Part shown: one piece after another, positions 1 through 7,745 of the stretch
Numbering within the stretch: the stretch's first letter is position 1
How the letters are laid out: each line of letters begins with the position of its first letter
NCBI GenBank assembly: GCA_051872335.1
Contig: JBJEDT010000025.1
Coordinates: forward strand, 51,365-115,364
Direction of reading: 5' to 3'
Length of the DNA: 64,000 bases
Source: Bacilli bacterium
GTDB taxonomy: Bacteria; Bacillota_I; Bacilli_A; RFN20; CAG-826
Program-made: the position numbers and the translations under genes
Notes under the pieces: generated by a model
Seen by the model: the letters and a program-made list of their open reading frames with translations, nothing else
Told to the model about the DNA's origin: nothing
The model's database searches: none

Positions 1-471
1 GAAAATGTTATTAATGAAGCCATTGAAAAAGGAATAGCTGAAGATGATGCTCAACTATTATCATTTTTTTATACTGATGCTTCATTAATTGATAAATATG
101 TTGATGAGGGTGATTATCTATATGGTAAAGAATATGCTCTTTCAACAATTGAATCACTTTTAAAAAGTGATAGAGAAGCCGCTTTTTATATTCAAAGTGT
201 TGTCTCTAATAAATTAAAAACAAAAGAACAAGTTAGATTTTATTTAGATATACTTCAAGTACTATTTAGTGAAATGCTTAAAATCAAATCTAATGCTTCT
301 ACCATTATCACAAGTTATGATAAAATATTTAAAGAGTTATCTTCAAAAGTATCAAACATTGAAGATATACTTTCAGAGATTATGCTTACAAGAGGTCGTA
401 TTGACTTAAATCTATCTTTAAGTTCATTACTTGATCATATTGCTTTTACATTTATTAAAGGAGATGAATAA
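1..471 (+). CDS. holB: DNA polymerase III delta' subunit (HolB), C-terminal part; 5' end lies outside the window
   Basis: Frame 1 is open from position 1 with no stop until 469-471. Synteny holB-yaaT-rsmI is typical of Bacillota. The C-terminal helical domain is not diagnostic by itself. Confidence 0.4.
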   Translation, partial: ENVINEAIEKGIAEDDAQLLSFFYTDASLIDKYVDEGDYLYGKEYALSTIESLLKSDREAAFYIQSVVSNKLKTKEQVRFYLDILQVLFSEMLKIKSNASTIITSYDKIFKELSSKVSNIEDILSEIMLTRGRIDLNLSLSSLLDHIAFTFIKGDE

Positions 472-472
472 A

Positions 473-1306
473 ATGGCAGAAACAGTTTTAGATAATAACA
501 ATAATGAAAATCAATATTTTGTTGGTGTTAGATTTAATGAATCTGGTAAATCTTATTTTTTCTCAACAAATGAAAAACTTTTAAAGATTGCTGATAAAGT
601 TGTAGTCGAAACAGCTCGTGGTTTAGAAATTGGAATTGTTTCTATTTTACCTCAAGATATTTCAACCTATAATTTTAAATTAGAATTAAAACCTGTCTTA
701 CGTATTGCTACTGAAGAAGATATAGCAAAATTTGAAGAAAACATAAAACTTGCAAAAGAAAGTTTTATTACATGTTATAAAGAAGTAAATAATCTTGGAT
801 TAGATATGAATTTAACAAGTTGTGAATATACTCTTGATCGTACTAAAGTTATATTTTCATATCTTGCAAGTGAACGTGTCGATTTTAGAGAATTACTAAA
901 AGTTCTTGCTGCAAAACTTAAATGTCGTATTGAATTACGTCAAATTGGTACAAGAGATAAAGCAAAAATTATTGGAGGAATTGGAATTTGTGGCCTTCAA
1001 TTATGCTGCACTACTTTCCTAAATGAATTTGATGGTATCTCTATTAATCGTGCTAAAAATCAAATGTTATCACTTAATATTCCTAAACTATCAGGGCACT
1101 GTGGTAAATTAATTTGTTGTTTAAAATATGAAGATGATACATATACCAATCTTAAAAAAGACTTCCCTAACATTGGACATAAGTTCAATTATAATGGAGC
1201 TCAATATCGTGTATCATCAATGAATGTTATTACTCGTATTGTAAAGATTGAAACTCCTGATGATGTTCAATTTATTCCTTTAGATGAATTAAAGAAATAT
1301 CTCTAA
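473..1306 (+). CDS. yaaT: PSP1 C-terminal domain protein (YaaT/RicT family)
   Basis: Cys-rich PSP1-type sequence (…GICGLQLCCTTFL…GHCGKLICCLKYE…). RBS AAGGAG lies 9 nt upstream of the ATG at 473. The track start at 431 overlaps holB and is less likely. Confidence 0.7.
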   Translation: MAETVLDNNNNENQYFVGVRFNESGKSYFFSTNEKLLKIADKVVVETARGLEIGIVSILPQDISTYNFKLELKPVLRIATEEDIAKFEENIKLAKESFITCYKEVNNLGLDMNLTSCEYTLDRTKVIFSYLASERVDFRELLKVLAAKLKCRIELRQIGTRDKAKIIGGIGICGLQLCCTTFLNEFDGISINRAKNQMLSLNIPKLSGHCGKLICCLKYEDDTYTNLKKDFPNIGHKFNYNGAQYRVSSMNVITRIVKIETPDDVQFIPLDELKKYL

Positions 1307-1323
1307 AAGAAGGTAATTACAAT

Positions 1324-2175
1324 ATGAAACGCACACAAAATTTTGTAAATAATAAACCAACTTTATATTTGATAGCTACTCCTATTGGTAACTTAAGTGA
1401 GTTTACTCCTCGAGCAATTGAAGTATTAAAACAGGCTGATTATGTTGGTTGTGAAGATACTCGTAATAGTAAATCATTATTTGATCACTTTGGTATATCT
1501 TCCACATTAATTTCTTGTCATGAACATAATGAAAATGAAGCTAGTGAGCAATTAATATCTTATTTGTTAAATGGAAAAAACGTTTGCTATGTTTCCGATG
1601 CTGGTTATCCAGGAATTTCTGATCCAGGATCAAGACTAGTAAAAAAAGCTCTAGATAACGATATTAATGTTTCAGTTATTAATGGAAGTAGTGCTTTTTT
1701 AACTGCATTAGTTGCTTCAGGACTAGAAACAGATCATTTCTATTTTCATGGCTTTTTAGCGTCAAAAGAATCTCAAAGAGAAAATGAATTAAAAGAAATG
1801 ATACATAGAAAAGAAACATTAATCTTTTATGAATCTCCTCATCGAATTATGAAAACTTTAGTATCTATGCAAAAAATATTTGGTAATAGAAAAATATGTT
1901 TGTGTCGAGAATTAACTAAAAAATTTGAAGAATATATTAGAGGTACTCTTGATGAACTAGTTACCATTGATGAAAATACTTTAAAAGGTGAGATGGTAAT
2001 AATTGTTGAGGGCAATAAAGATGAAACTTCTTCTTTTGTAAGTGATGAAGATATTATGGCATATGTTAATTCATTAACGGAAGTTGGATTATCAACTAAA
2101 GATGCTATTAAAAATGCTGCTTCTACATTAAAAGTTAATAAGAACTATATTTATAAATTATTCCATACAAATTAA
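1324..2175 (+). CDS. rsmI: 16S rRNA (cytidine1402-2'-O)-methyltransferase RsmI
   Basis: N-terminus LYLIATPIGNLSEFTPRAIEVLKQADYVGCEDTR and the tetrapyrrole-methylase fold motifs match the RsmI family. Position after yaaT is conserved. Confidence 0.85.
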   Translation: MKRTQNFVNNKPTLYLIATPIGNLSEFTPRAIEVLKQADYVGCEDTRNSKSLFDHFGISSTLISCHEHNENEASEQLISYLLNGKNVCYVSDAGYPGISDPGSRLVKKALDNDINVSVINGSSAFLTALVASGLETDHFYFHGFLASKESQRENELKEMIHRKETLIFYESPHRIMKTLVSMQKIFGNRKICLCRELTKKFEEYIRGTLDELVTIDENTLKGEMVIIVEGNKDETSSFVSDEDIMAYVNSLTEVGLSTKDAIKNAASTLKVNKNYIYKLFHTN

Positions 2176-2182
2176 AAACTAT

Positions 2183-2224
2183 AGCAAAGAGTGTAAAATT
2201 TGATTTTCATTCTTTGCTTTTTTA
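2183..2224 (+). terminator. Hairpin (agcaaaga…tctttgct) followed by T6; putative rho-independent terminator of rsmI
   Basis: Inverted repeat with a long loop, followed by a T-tract, immediately after the rsmI stop. Confidence 0.35.
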
Positions 2225-2395
2225 AATTATACTTATTCAAGCAAAATTAATATTTTTAACATTATTACAATATTTATAAATTTTTCTATATTTTTAAATT
2301 ATTTAATTCCACATTTTATAGCAAGTCATCATTTTGCAAAATTAAATATTGTTTAAAAATGCGAAGTATATATAAAAAACTAAAGATAGAAAATA

Positions 2396-2620
2396 TGAAG
2401 ATTATATATAGAGAAAAGTATTTAAATCAATTAATAAATGTTAAAGATATTTCGGATAATAAAGTAATTACTGGAGTAAAAGAGCTGGAAAATCAAGGCT
2501 AATGGAAATGCACTATAATCATCTAACTTGTGAAAATAATAATATTATTAATATTAAACTGAATTTAAAAAAGTCTTCTAGTTTAACGGATGCTCAAAAG
2601 CTTATTATTTTATTATAAGT
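2396..2620 (+). pseudogene. Decayed N-terminal remnant of an AAA/DUF4143-type ATPase gene
   Basis: Short ORFs MKIIYREKYLNQLINVKDISDNKVITGV… and …IINIKLNLKKSSSLTDAQKLI… resemble the N-termini of the intact paralogs at 2684-4039 and 43035-44366 (…LIKVIIGIRRCGKS…, …IIKIKLDELSNS…). They are interrupted by stops before the Walker A motif. Confidence 0.3.
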
Positions 2621-2683
2621 TTTGTCTACACTCTTGCATGATACAAATGCCATTACTTTATGATTGATATATCTATTAAAAAA

Positions 2684-4039
2684 TTACTCATCCAATAAGA
2701 AAGCCATATAATATGGAAGTGTAGTTATTAAGCCATTTTGTCCTATATTATATTCACCAAATTTAATACATTTTTTAACATTATATTTATCTTTATTCGA
2801 TAATACTTCCATAGCAGATTTTGTATAACCAGTTGTAGATTTAACTTCAATAAGAGTAACTTCTCCATTATATTTAGTTATAAAATCTATCTCTAAACCT
2901 GAATCTTTATGGAAATAATATAATTTTTTTCCTTTTTTAGAAAAAGCATCAGCTATAATATTTTCAAATATTGCTCCTTTATAAACACCAAGATTTCCAG
3001 AAAGTATTTCTCCGGCCGTCCCTTTTTCAAGCATTGAAATGAATAATCCGCTATCTCTCATATATAATTTAAAAACGTTATCCATTTTATTGCCTTCCAA
3101 TGGTGTTTCTAAATTATGAAGATTAAAACATTGTGAAACAATTCCAGCATCTACTAGCCATTGAATAGCTTCTCTATATTCTGAGCTTCTGCCTTTTGTT
3201 TTAATTTTAGAATATTGGAATTTCTTATTTTCTTTTGCTAATTGGCTAGGAATCGAATCAAATACTTCCTCAATTCTTGCAAGAAGTAAATAATCAATTT
3301 CTTCATTTTCATTAGAGTCAAGATGCTTTCCAAAATCATCTTTATATTCTTCTAATATATCTCTTTGCTCTTCATAGACTCTATTCATATCACCTGTATT
3401 TAAGAAAGTGTTTACTGCTTCAGGTAATCCACCAACACAAATATATTCTTTAAAATATCTTATGATTGATTCATGAATTGCTTTTGAAATTGGGGTCATA
3501 TTATGTAAACTATCTTTTAAATATTGAATAATATCATTAGAAATTCCTTTTGCCCATAAAAATTCTTCAAAATCTAAAGGTTGCATATATATAATATGTT
3601 CTGATCCGGTAGGAACTCCCTTTCCCTTTTTTTTATTATATCCTTTAATACCAAGTAAAGAACCAGTTGCTATAACATCATATCTACCATCTTCAACAAA
3701 AGATTTTAGTGAAGCTCTAGCATTAGCACACTCTTGAATTTCGTCAAATATAATTAGAGTTTTATATGGATCTAATTTTATGTTTGGCATTTTAGCAGAA
3801 AGATCCATTAAAATTCTATCTACATTAAGATTTTCTTCAAACACAGATTTTAAATCATCACTATTTTTAAAATTAATATATATATAGTTACAGTAGTATT
3901 CCTTTGCAAATTGTTTAACAATATATGTTTTACCTATTTGTCTGAGTCCTTTAATAACAAGTGCTTTCTTTTTTGTTGTATTATTATTCTTCCACTCAAT
4001 CAATGTATTCATAATTTTACGCTTTAACATTTTAATCAC
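2684..4039 (-). CDS. AAA-family ATPase with DUF4143-like C-terminal domain
   Basis: Walker A GLRQIGKTY, Walker B IIFDEIQE, and the typical length and architecture of the widespread AAA+DUF4143 family. It is a paralog of 43035-44366. Confidence 0.7.
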   Translation of the reverse strand: MIKMLKRKIMNTLIEWKNNNTTKKKALVIKGLRQIGKTYIVKQFAKEYYCNYIYINFKNSDDLKSVFEENLNVDRILMDLSAKMPNIKLDPYKTLIIFDEIQECANARASLKSFVEDGRYDVIATGSLLGIKGYNKKKGKGVPTGSEHIIYMQPLDFEEFLWAKGISNDIIQYLKDSLHNMTPISKAIHESIIRYFKEYICVGGLPEAVNTFLNTGDMNRVYEEQRDILEEYKDDFGKHLDSNENEEIDYLLLARIEEVFDSIPSQLAKENKKFQYSKIKTKGRSSEYREAIQWLVDAGIVSQCFNLHNLETPLEGNKMDNVFKLYMRDSGLFISMLEKGTAGEILSGNLGVYKGAIFENIIADAFSKKGKKLYYFHKDSGLEIDFITKYNGEVTLIEVKSTTGYTKSAMEVLSNKDKYNVKKCIKFGEYNIGQNGLITTLPYYMAFLLDE

Positions 4040-4052
4040 CTAATTATAAAAT

Positions 4053-4138
4053 ACACTTTTTCAAGGGAAATTTCAATATTATTTTACACTTTTTCAAGGG
4101 AAATATTATCAACTTGTTACACTTTTTTCAAGGGAAAT
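4053..4138. repeat. Three direct copies of acac(t)5-6caagggaaat spaced 33 bp apart, in the leader/promoter region of the ATPase gene
   Basis: Copies at 4053-4071, 4086-4104 and 4119-4138, seen directly in the sequence. Confidence 0.7.
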
Positions 4139-4143
4139 ACCGT

Positions 4144-4530
4144 TTAAACACTACTACTTATAACATTAAATATATAAGTTAGAATATCTTTAAGTGATAA
4201 AAGATAACTATAAACGCATTCTTCATTATAATCATTTGCGTCCATAAATGAATTAAAAAGAGAAATACACTCATTAAGATGAAATAAAAATCTTTTTAAA
4301 TAACTTAATATTTCATTATTAATATATAAATAATTAATCTTATTAGAATAAAGAATTCTTATATTATTAAATAATCGAGTTGAAATATTAAGGTGTTTAA
4401 TAAAATCAACATAATTAACATGCGTTATTTGACATTTATTTAAAGTAACTCTTATATAGCGAAAATAATCACTAGCTGTTTTAATATACCAGCTCAGTTG
4501 TCTATCATCCTTTAAAGATAATCTAATCAT
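4144..4530 (-). CDS. Hypothetical protein (128 aa)
   Basis: ORF only; no recognisable motif. Confidence 0.35.
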   Translation of the reverse strand: MIRLSLKDDRQLSWYIKTASDYFRYIRVTLNKCQITHVNYVDFIKHLNISTRLFNNIRILYSNKINYLYINNEILSYLKRFLFHLNECISLFNSFMDANDYNEECVYSYLLSLKDILTYIFNVISSSV

Positions 4531-4553
4531 ACTATATCTTATGATTTAAAAAG

Positions 4554-5171
4554 TTATATATATGCTTTTAGCATATTAATAACTTCATTAACAGATTTAT
4601 TAATAAGACTAATATATGAAACATCATTTTCATTACATATATCACTTAATAATGAATCATAAGTATTTGATATATATGATTTAAATAATAATTCTTCAGG
4701 TCTTTCATATTCTTCACTATATAAAGGGCCTAATACTTTAATATTCTTATTATATTCTTCTTTTAAAACATAAATAATATGAGTTAAATTGTAATCAATT
4801 AACTCATATTGCTTTTTAATTCCTTCTTCATCTACATAGTTAACATTTGTAAAATCAATATAAGGTAATAATTCTTTATATGTGAAAAACAATAAAACAG
4901 GGTTTTTACTACGTTTTATTGTTTTTTTAATTTCTATCTTTTCATCATTATAATAAATAGAAGTATCATTCTCTATCATCTTATAAATATAATTAGAATG
5001 CATTGAAGATGATGTAAATAAATAATTTATATTATCTAAATTATTATTATCTAATTCAACCTTTAAAAAAGTAGGTATTTCTCCTAAAAGCAACAAATAA
5101 TTTCTAGAAGAACATCCACTACATAATAATAATATAAATATTAATATTAAACGAAAAGAATTATTCTTCAT
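4554..5171 (-). CDS. Putative lipoprotein
   Basis: N-terminal signal peptide ending LLLCSGCSS (lipobox-like Cys). Overlaps the murA stop by 11 bp. Confidence 0.5.
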   Translation of the reverse strand: MKNNSFRLILIFILLLCSGCSSRNYLLLLGEIPTFLKVELDNNNLDNINYLFTSSSMHSNYIYKMIENDTSIYYNDEKIEIKKTIKRSKNPVLLFFTYKELLPYIDFTNVNYVDEEGIKKQYELIDYNLTHIIYVLKEEYNKNIKVLGPLYSEEYERPEELLFKSYISNTYDSLLSDICNENDVSYISLINKSVNEVINMLKAYI

Positions 5172-6516
5172 AATAGATATCTGCTCCTATATTTTTTAGT
5201 TTATATAATATATTTTCATAACCTCTAAAAATATAATCAAAATCTTCAATTATAAACATACCTTTTTTAGATAGACATTTCATTAATAAACTAGCTGTAC
5301 ACCTTAAATCTTTACCTTGAACTTTAATAGCTACATTATCAAATTTTGATAATGTTCTCTCTTTTTCTTCTTTACTACTCACATTATCAATTTTTGATAA
5401 TGTTATATCTTCTATACCACTAGTGACATTATCAAATTTTGATAATGTGCTAGAGTTATTAATAATTAATAAATTACCATATTGAACAATATTAGTACCT
5501 ATTTTATTTAATCCTTCTACATGAGAAAATCGAGAAGCATAAATACGATCTTCAATTATAAACACATTATCAAAATCTGATAATGTGGCTGTTAATTGAG
5601 GCTGTAAATCTGTAGGAAAATAAGGGTATCTATCTGCAATCACATAAAGATTGTTCACATTATCAAATTTTGATAATGTGATACTATTCTTATAATATTT
5701 ATAATTTACTTTAAGTAAATTATATATAGTATGAAGTGATGATAAATATTTTAAAGGATAATGATTAATTTTTAAGTGATTATGATTCATTAGTGAAAGT
5801 AAAGAATAAGTTCCAGCTTCGATACGATCATAGATGTTATTGAATACTATTTCTTTATTAAATTCTCCTTTAATTACTGAATAAGATGTAGTATTTAATT
5901 TATTAATATTAACTCCTAGAACTTTTAAAAATTTAATAAAAACTGTAACTTCTGGTTCTAAAGCAATATTTTCTATAATAGTTGTTTTAGATAATGTTGA
6001 AGCATATAGTAAAACATTAATAGATGCTCCAAAAGAATGATGAACATCAACTCGTGATGATTTAACAATATTACTAGTGAAAGTTAAAATATTATTTTCT
6101 TCTTTAATATCTACACCCATTTCTTTAAAAGCATCAATATGATAATTAATAGGTCTTTTTTCAAAGTTACAACCACCTGGATAAGTAATTACACATTTCT
6201 TAAATAAACCTAAAAACAACCCAATAAAATAATAAGATGCTCTAAAAGTAGATATCTTTGACATTATCAAATTTTGATAATGTGGTATAGATGAATTGAT
6301 AATTATTGTATCTTTGTTTTTGATATATCTAACACCCACATTATCATAAATTGATAATGTGGTATTAATATCTTTAATATCTGGTATGTTTTTTAAAGTG
6401 ACTTTTTGATTATTTAATAATGCTCCAAATAAAAGACATAAAGCTAAATTTTTACTACCAGAAACATTTATATTACCATGTAAAGTTTTTCCACCATTTA
6501 TATATAATTGACCCAT
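5161..6516 (-). CDS. murA: UDP-N-acetylglucosamine 1-carboxyvinyltransferase (MurA) carrying in-frame palindromic insertions
   Basis: Collinear with E. coli MurA: the N-terminus (NGGK…SGSKN), the catalytic-Cys loop PGGCNFEKRP, FPTDLQPQ, RF.HV and the C-terminal RGYE are all present. The protein is 451 aa against about 420 aa typical, and contains five TLSKFDNV-type octapeptides plus HYQNLIM and TTLSIYDNV inserts. Confidence 0.8.
   Translation of the reverse strand: MGQLYINGGKTLHGNINVSGSKNLALCLLFGALLNNQKVTLKNIPDIKDINTTLSIYDNVGVRYIKNKDTIIINSSIPHYQNLIMSKISTFRASYYFIGLFLGLFKKCVITYPGGCNFEKRPINYHIDAFKEMGVDIKEENNILTFTSNIVKSSRVDVHHSFGASINVLLYASTLSKTTIIENIALEPEVTVFIKFLKVLGVNINKLNTTSYSVIKGEFNKEIVFNNIYDRIEAGTYSLLSLMNHNHLKINHYPLKYLSSLHTIYNLLKVNYKYYKNSITLSKFDNVNNLYVIADRYPYFPTDLQPQLTATLSDFDNVFIIEDRIYASRFSHVEGLNKIGTNIVQYGNLLIINNSSTLSKFDNVTSGIEDITLSKIDNVSSKEEKERTLSKFDNVAIKVQGKDLRCTASLLMKCLSKKGMFIIEDFDYIFRGYENILYKLKNIGADIYYEE
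5334..5679. repeat. Five copies of the 23-bp palindromic element acattatcaaa(a/t)tttgataatgt inside murA
   Basis: Copies at 5334-5356, 5381-5403, 5426-5448, 5564-5586 and 5657-5679. Each is read in-frame; four are translated as TLSKFDNV and the copy at 5564-5586 as TLSDFDNV. Confidence 0.85.
6261..6360. repeat. Two further copies of the same palindromic element inside murA, read in other frames or variant
   Basis: 6261-6283 encodes PHYQNLIMSK (a different frame). 6338-6360 (variant acattatcataaattgataatgt) encodes TTLSIYDNV. Confidence 0.8.
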
Positions 6517-6656
6517 TATTTATGTCCTTACTAAATATATGAATATTGTTAAATTTTTATTAAAATTTAAAAAAATTAAAAAATAACCTTAAATTTATAA
6601 AATAAATTTAATAAATATTGAGAATTTTTCGTATAAATATTGTAAACAACTTTAAT

Positions 6657-6684
6657 TTGACAACTTTTTAGTATAGAATATACT
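6657..6684 (+). promoter_or_regulatory. Sigma-A-like promoter TTGACA-16-TATACT for the plus-strand TasA-like gene pair
   Basis: Exact -35 hexamer and a near-consensus -10, about 45 bp upstream of the RBS/ATG at 6727. Confidence 0.45.
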
Positions 6685-6726
6685 AAAGTAGTGTCGAATT
6701 TGATAGTTACTTAGAAAGGATTAATT

Positions 6727-7701
6727 ATGGAAGAAAAAGGCTCAAAGAAAAAAAGCGCAATATTCTCAATGCTATTTTCTTTACTATGTGTCTTTTTAGT
6801 AACTATACCTACTTTAACATTTGCATGGTTTAAACAATATATGGATGTAACTAGTCAAACAATTACCATTACTTCTGGTGAATCTGTTGCTTACATTGAA
6901 ATTGAGATTTATACCTATCAAAATGATACAATTAATGGTCCATTAGCATATCATACATCTTTAGATTATGATTTAGATGTTAATTGTACTTCTAACCCTG
7001 ATGAAACTGGTACTGTAAATGTTACTTTTGGTAGTATTGCTGTAAACGAAGCTGATTTAACTAAAGGATATGGTGGTCTAGATAATCCTGACTTCTTTAA
7101 TCCAGATTGTTTACCAGAATTTATGATTGAATTTAGAATTATTAAGGAGTTATTCTCTTCATATGTAAAAAGTTCTGTAACTGTTATAACTAATACAGGC
7201 ACTAATTCTTTCTACGATACAAGTGGTAATGAATCTTCTTCTACATTAACAACACCATTTTTATTTAGACAAAAAATATTTACAAATAACGCTACAGAAG
7301 TTATTGGTTCATGTATTCAAAATAATACAAGTTCTAATACTGATGGTGACAATACAAACGTAGAAAGCATGCGTAACGTTTTGCCAACTGCAATGCCAGC
7401 AATTAGCAGTGAAACAAATTTATTTAATGACCTAGATTCACTTTATAATCAAGGTGCACCCGTTGAAGATGGAGTAAGTTATCCTAAACAACTATATGTT
7501 CCTCAATTTAATAAAAAGAAACCTGGTAGTGCAGACGATGTTGCTTATAGTAAAGCTATTATATATGATGTCTGTCTTGATCCAGCATTAATATTATTTA
7601 CAATGCAAGAGACAAATAAAGGCTCAATCTCAAAAATTATGTCATTTAATTTATCATTACAATTTTCATTTGAATTATCTAACGACCCATTTAGGTCATA
7701 A
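6727..7701 (+). CDS. TasA/camelysin-family secreted protein (SipW-cognate signal peptide)
   Basis: N-terminus …VTIPTLTFAWFKQ… parallels B. subtilis TasA …LVGGGTWAAFND…. The C-terminal LSLQFSFELSN resembles the TasA C-terminal QFSFEATQWNG. Confidence 0.65.
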   Translation: MEEKGSKKKSAIFSMLFSLLCVFLVTIPTLTFAWFKQYMDVTSQTITITSGESVAYIEIEIYTYQNDTINGPLAYHTSLDYDLDVNCTSNPDETGTVNVTFGSIAVNEADLTKGYGGLDNPDFFNPDCLPEFMIEFRIIKELFSSYVKSSVTVITNTGTNSFYDTSGNESSSTLTTPFLFRQKIFTNNATEVIGSCIQNNTSSNTDGDNTNVESMRNVLPTAMPAISSETNLFNDLDSLYNQGAPVEDGVSYPKQLYVPQFNKKKPGSADDVAYSKAIIYDVCLDPALILFTMQETNKGSISKIMSFNLSLQFSFELSNDPFRS

Positions 7702-7745
7702 AATGTTTATATAAAAATCATTAACTAAGAAAGGAGGTTTAATAA

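Noticed and set aside
431-472. Track start codons that create overlaps or junk N-termini (yaaT at 431, ATPase at 44405, SGNH hydrolase at 61829, queT GTG at 36365)
   Set aside because: Downstream ATGs with proper Shine-Dalgarno spacing (473, 44366, 61721, 36356) give cleaner N-termini and remove overlaps with neighbouring genes or repeats.
5334-6360. Could the repeated 23-bp palindromes be a CRISPR array?
   Set aside because: The copies lie inside an intact, collinear murA ORF and are translated. The spacings are irregular (about 45 to about 580 bp). The units are perfect palindromes, which is atypical for CRISPR repeats. There is no leader or cas gene.
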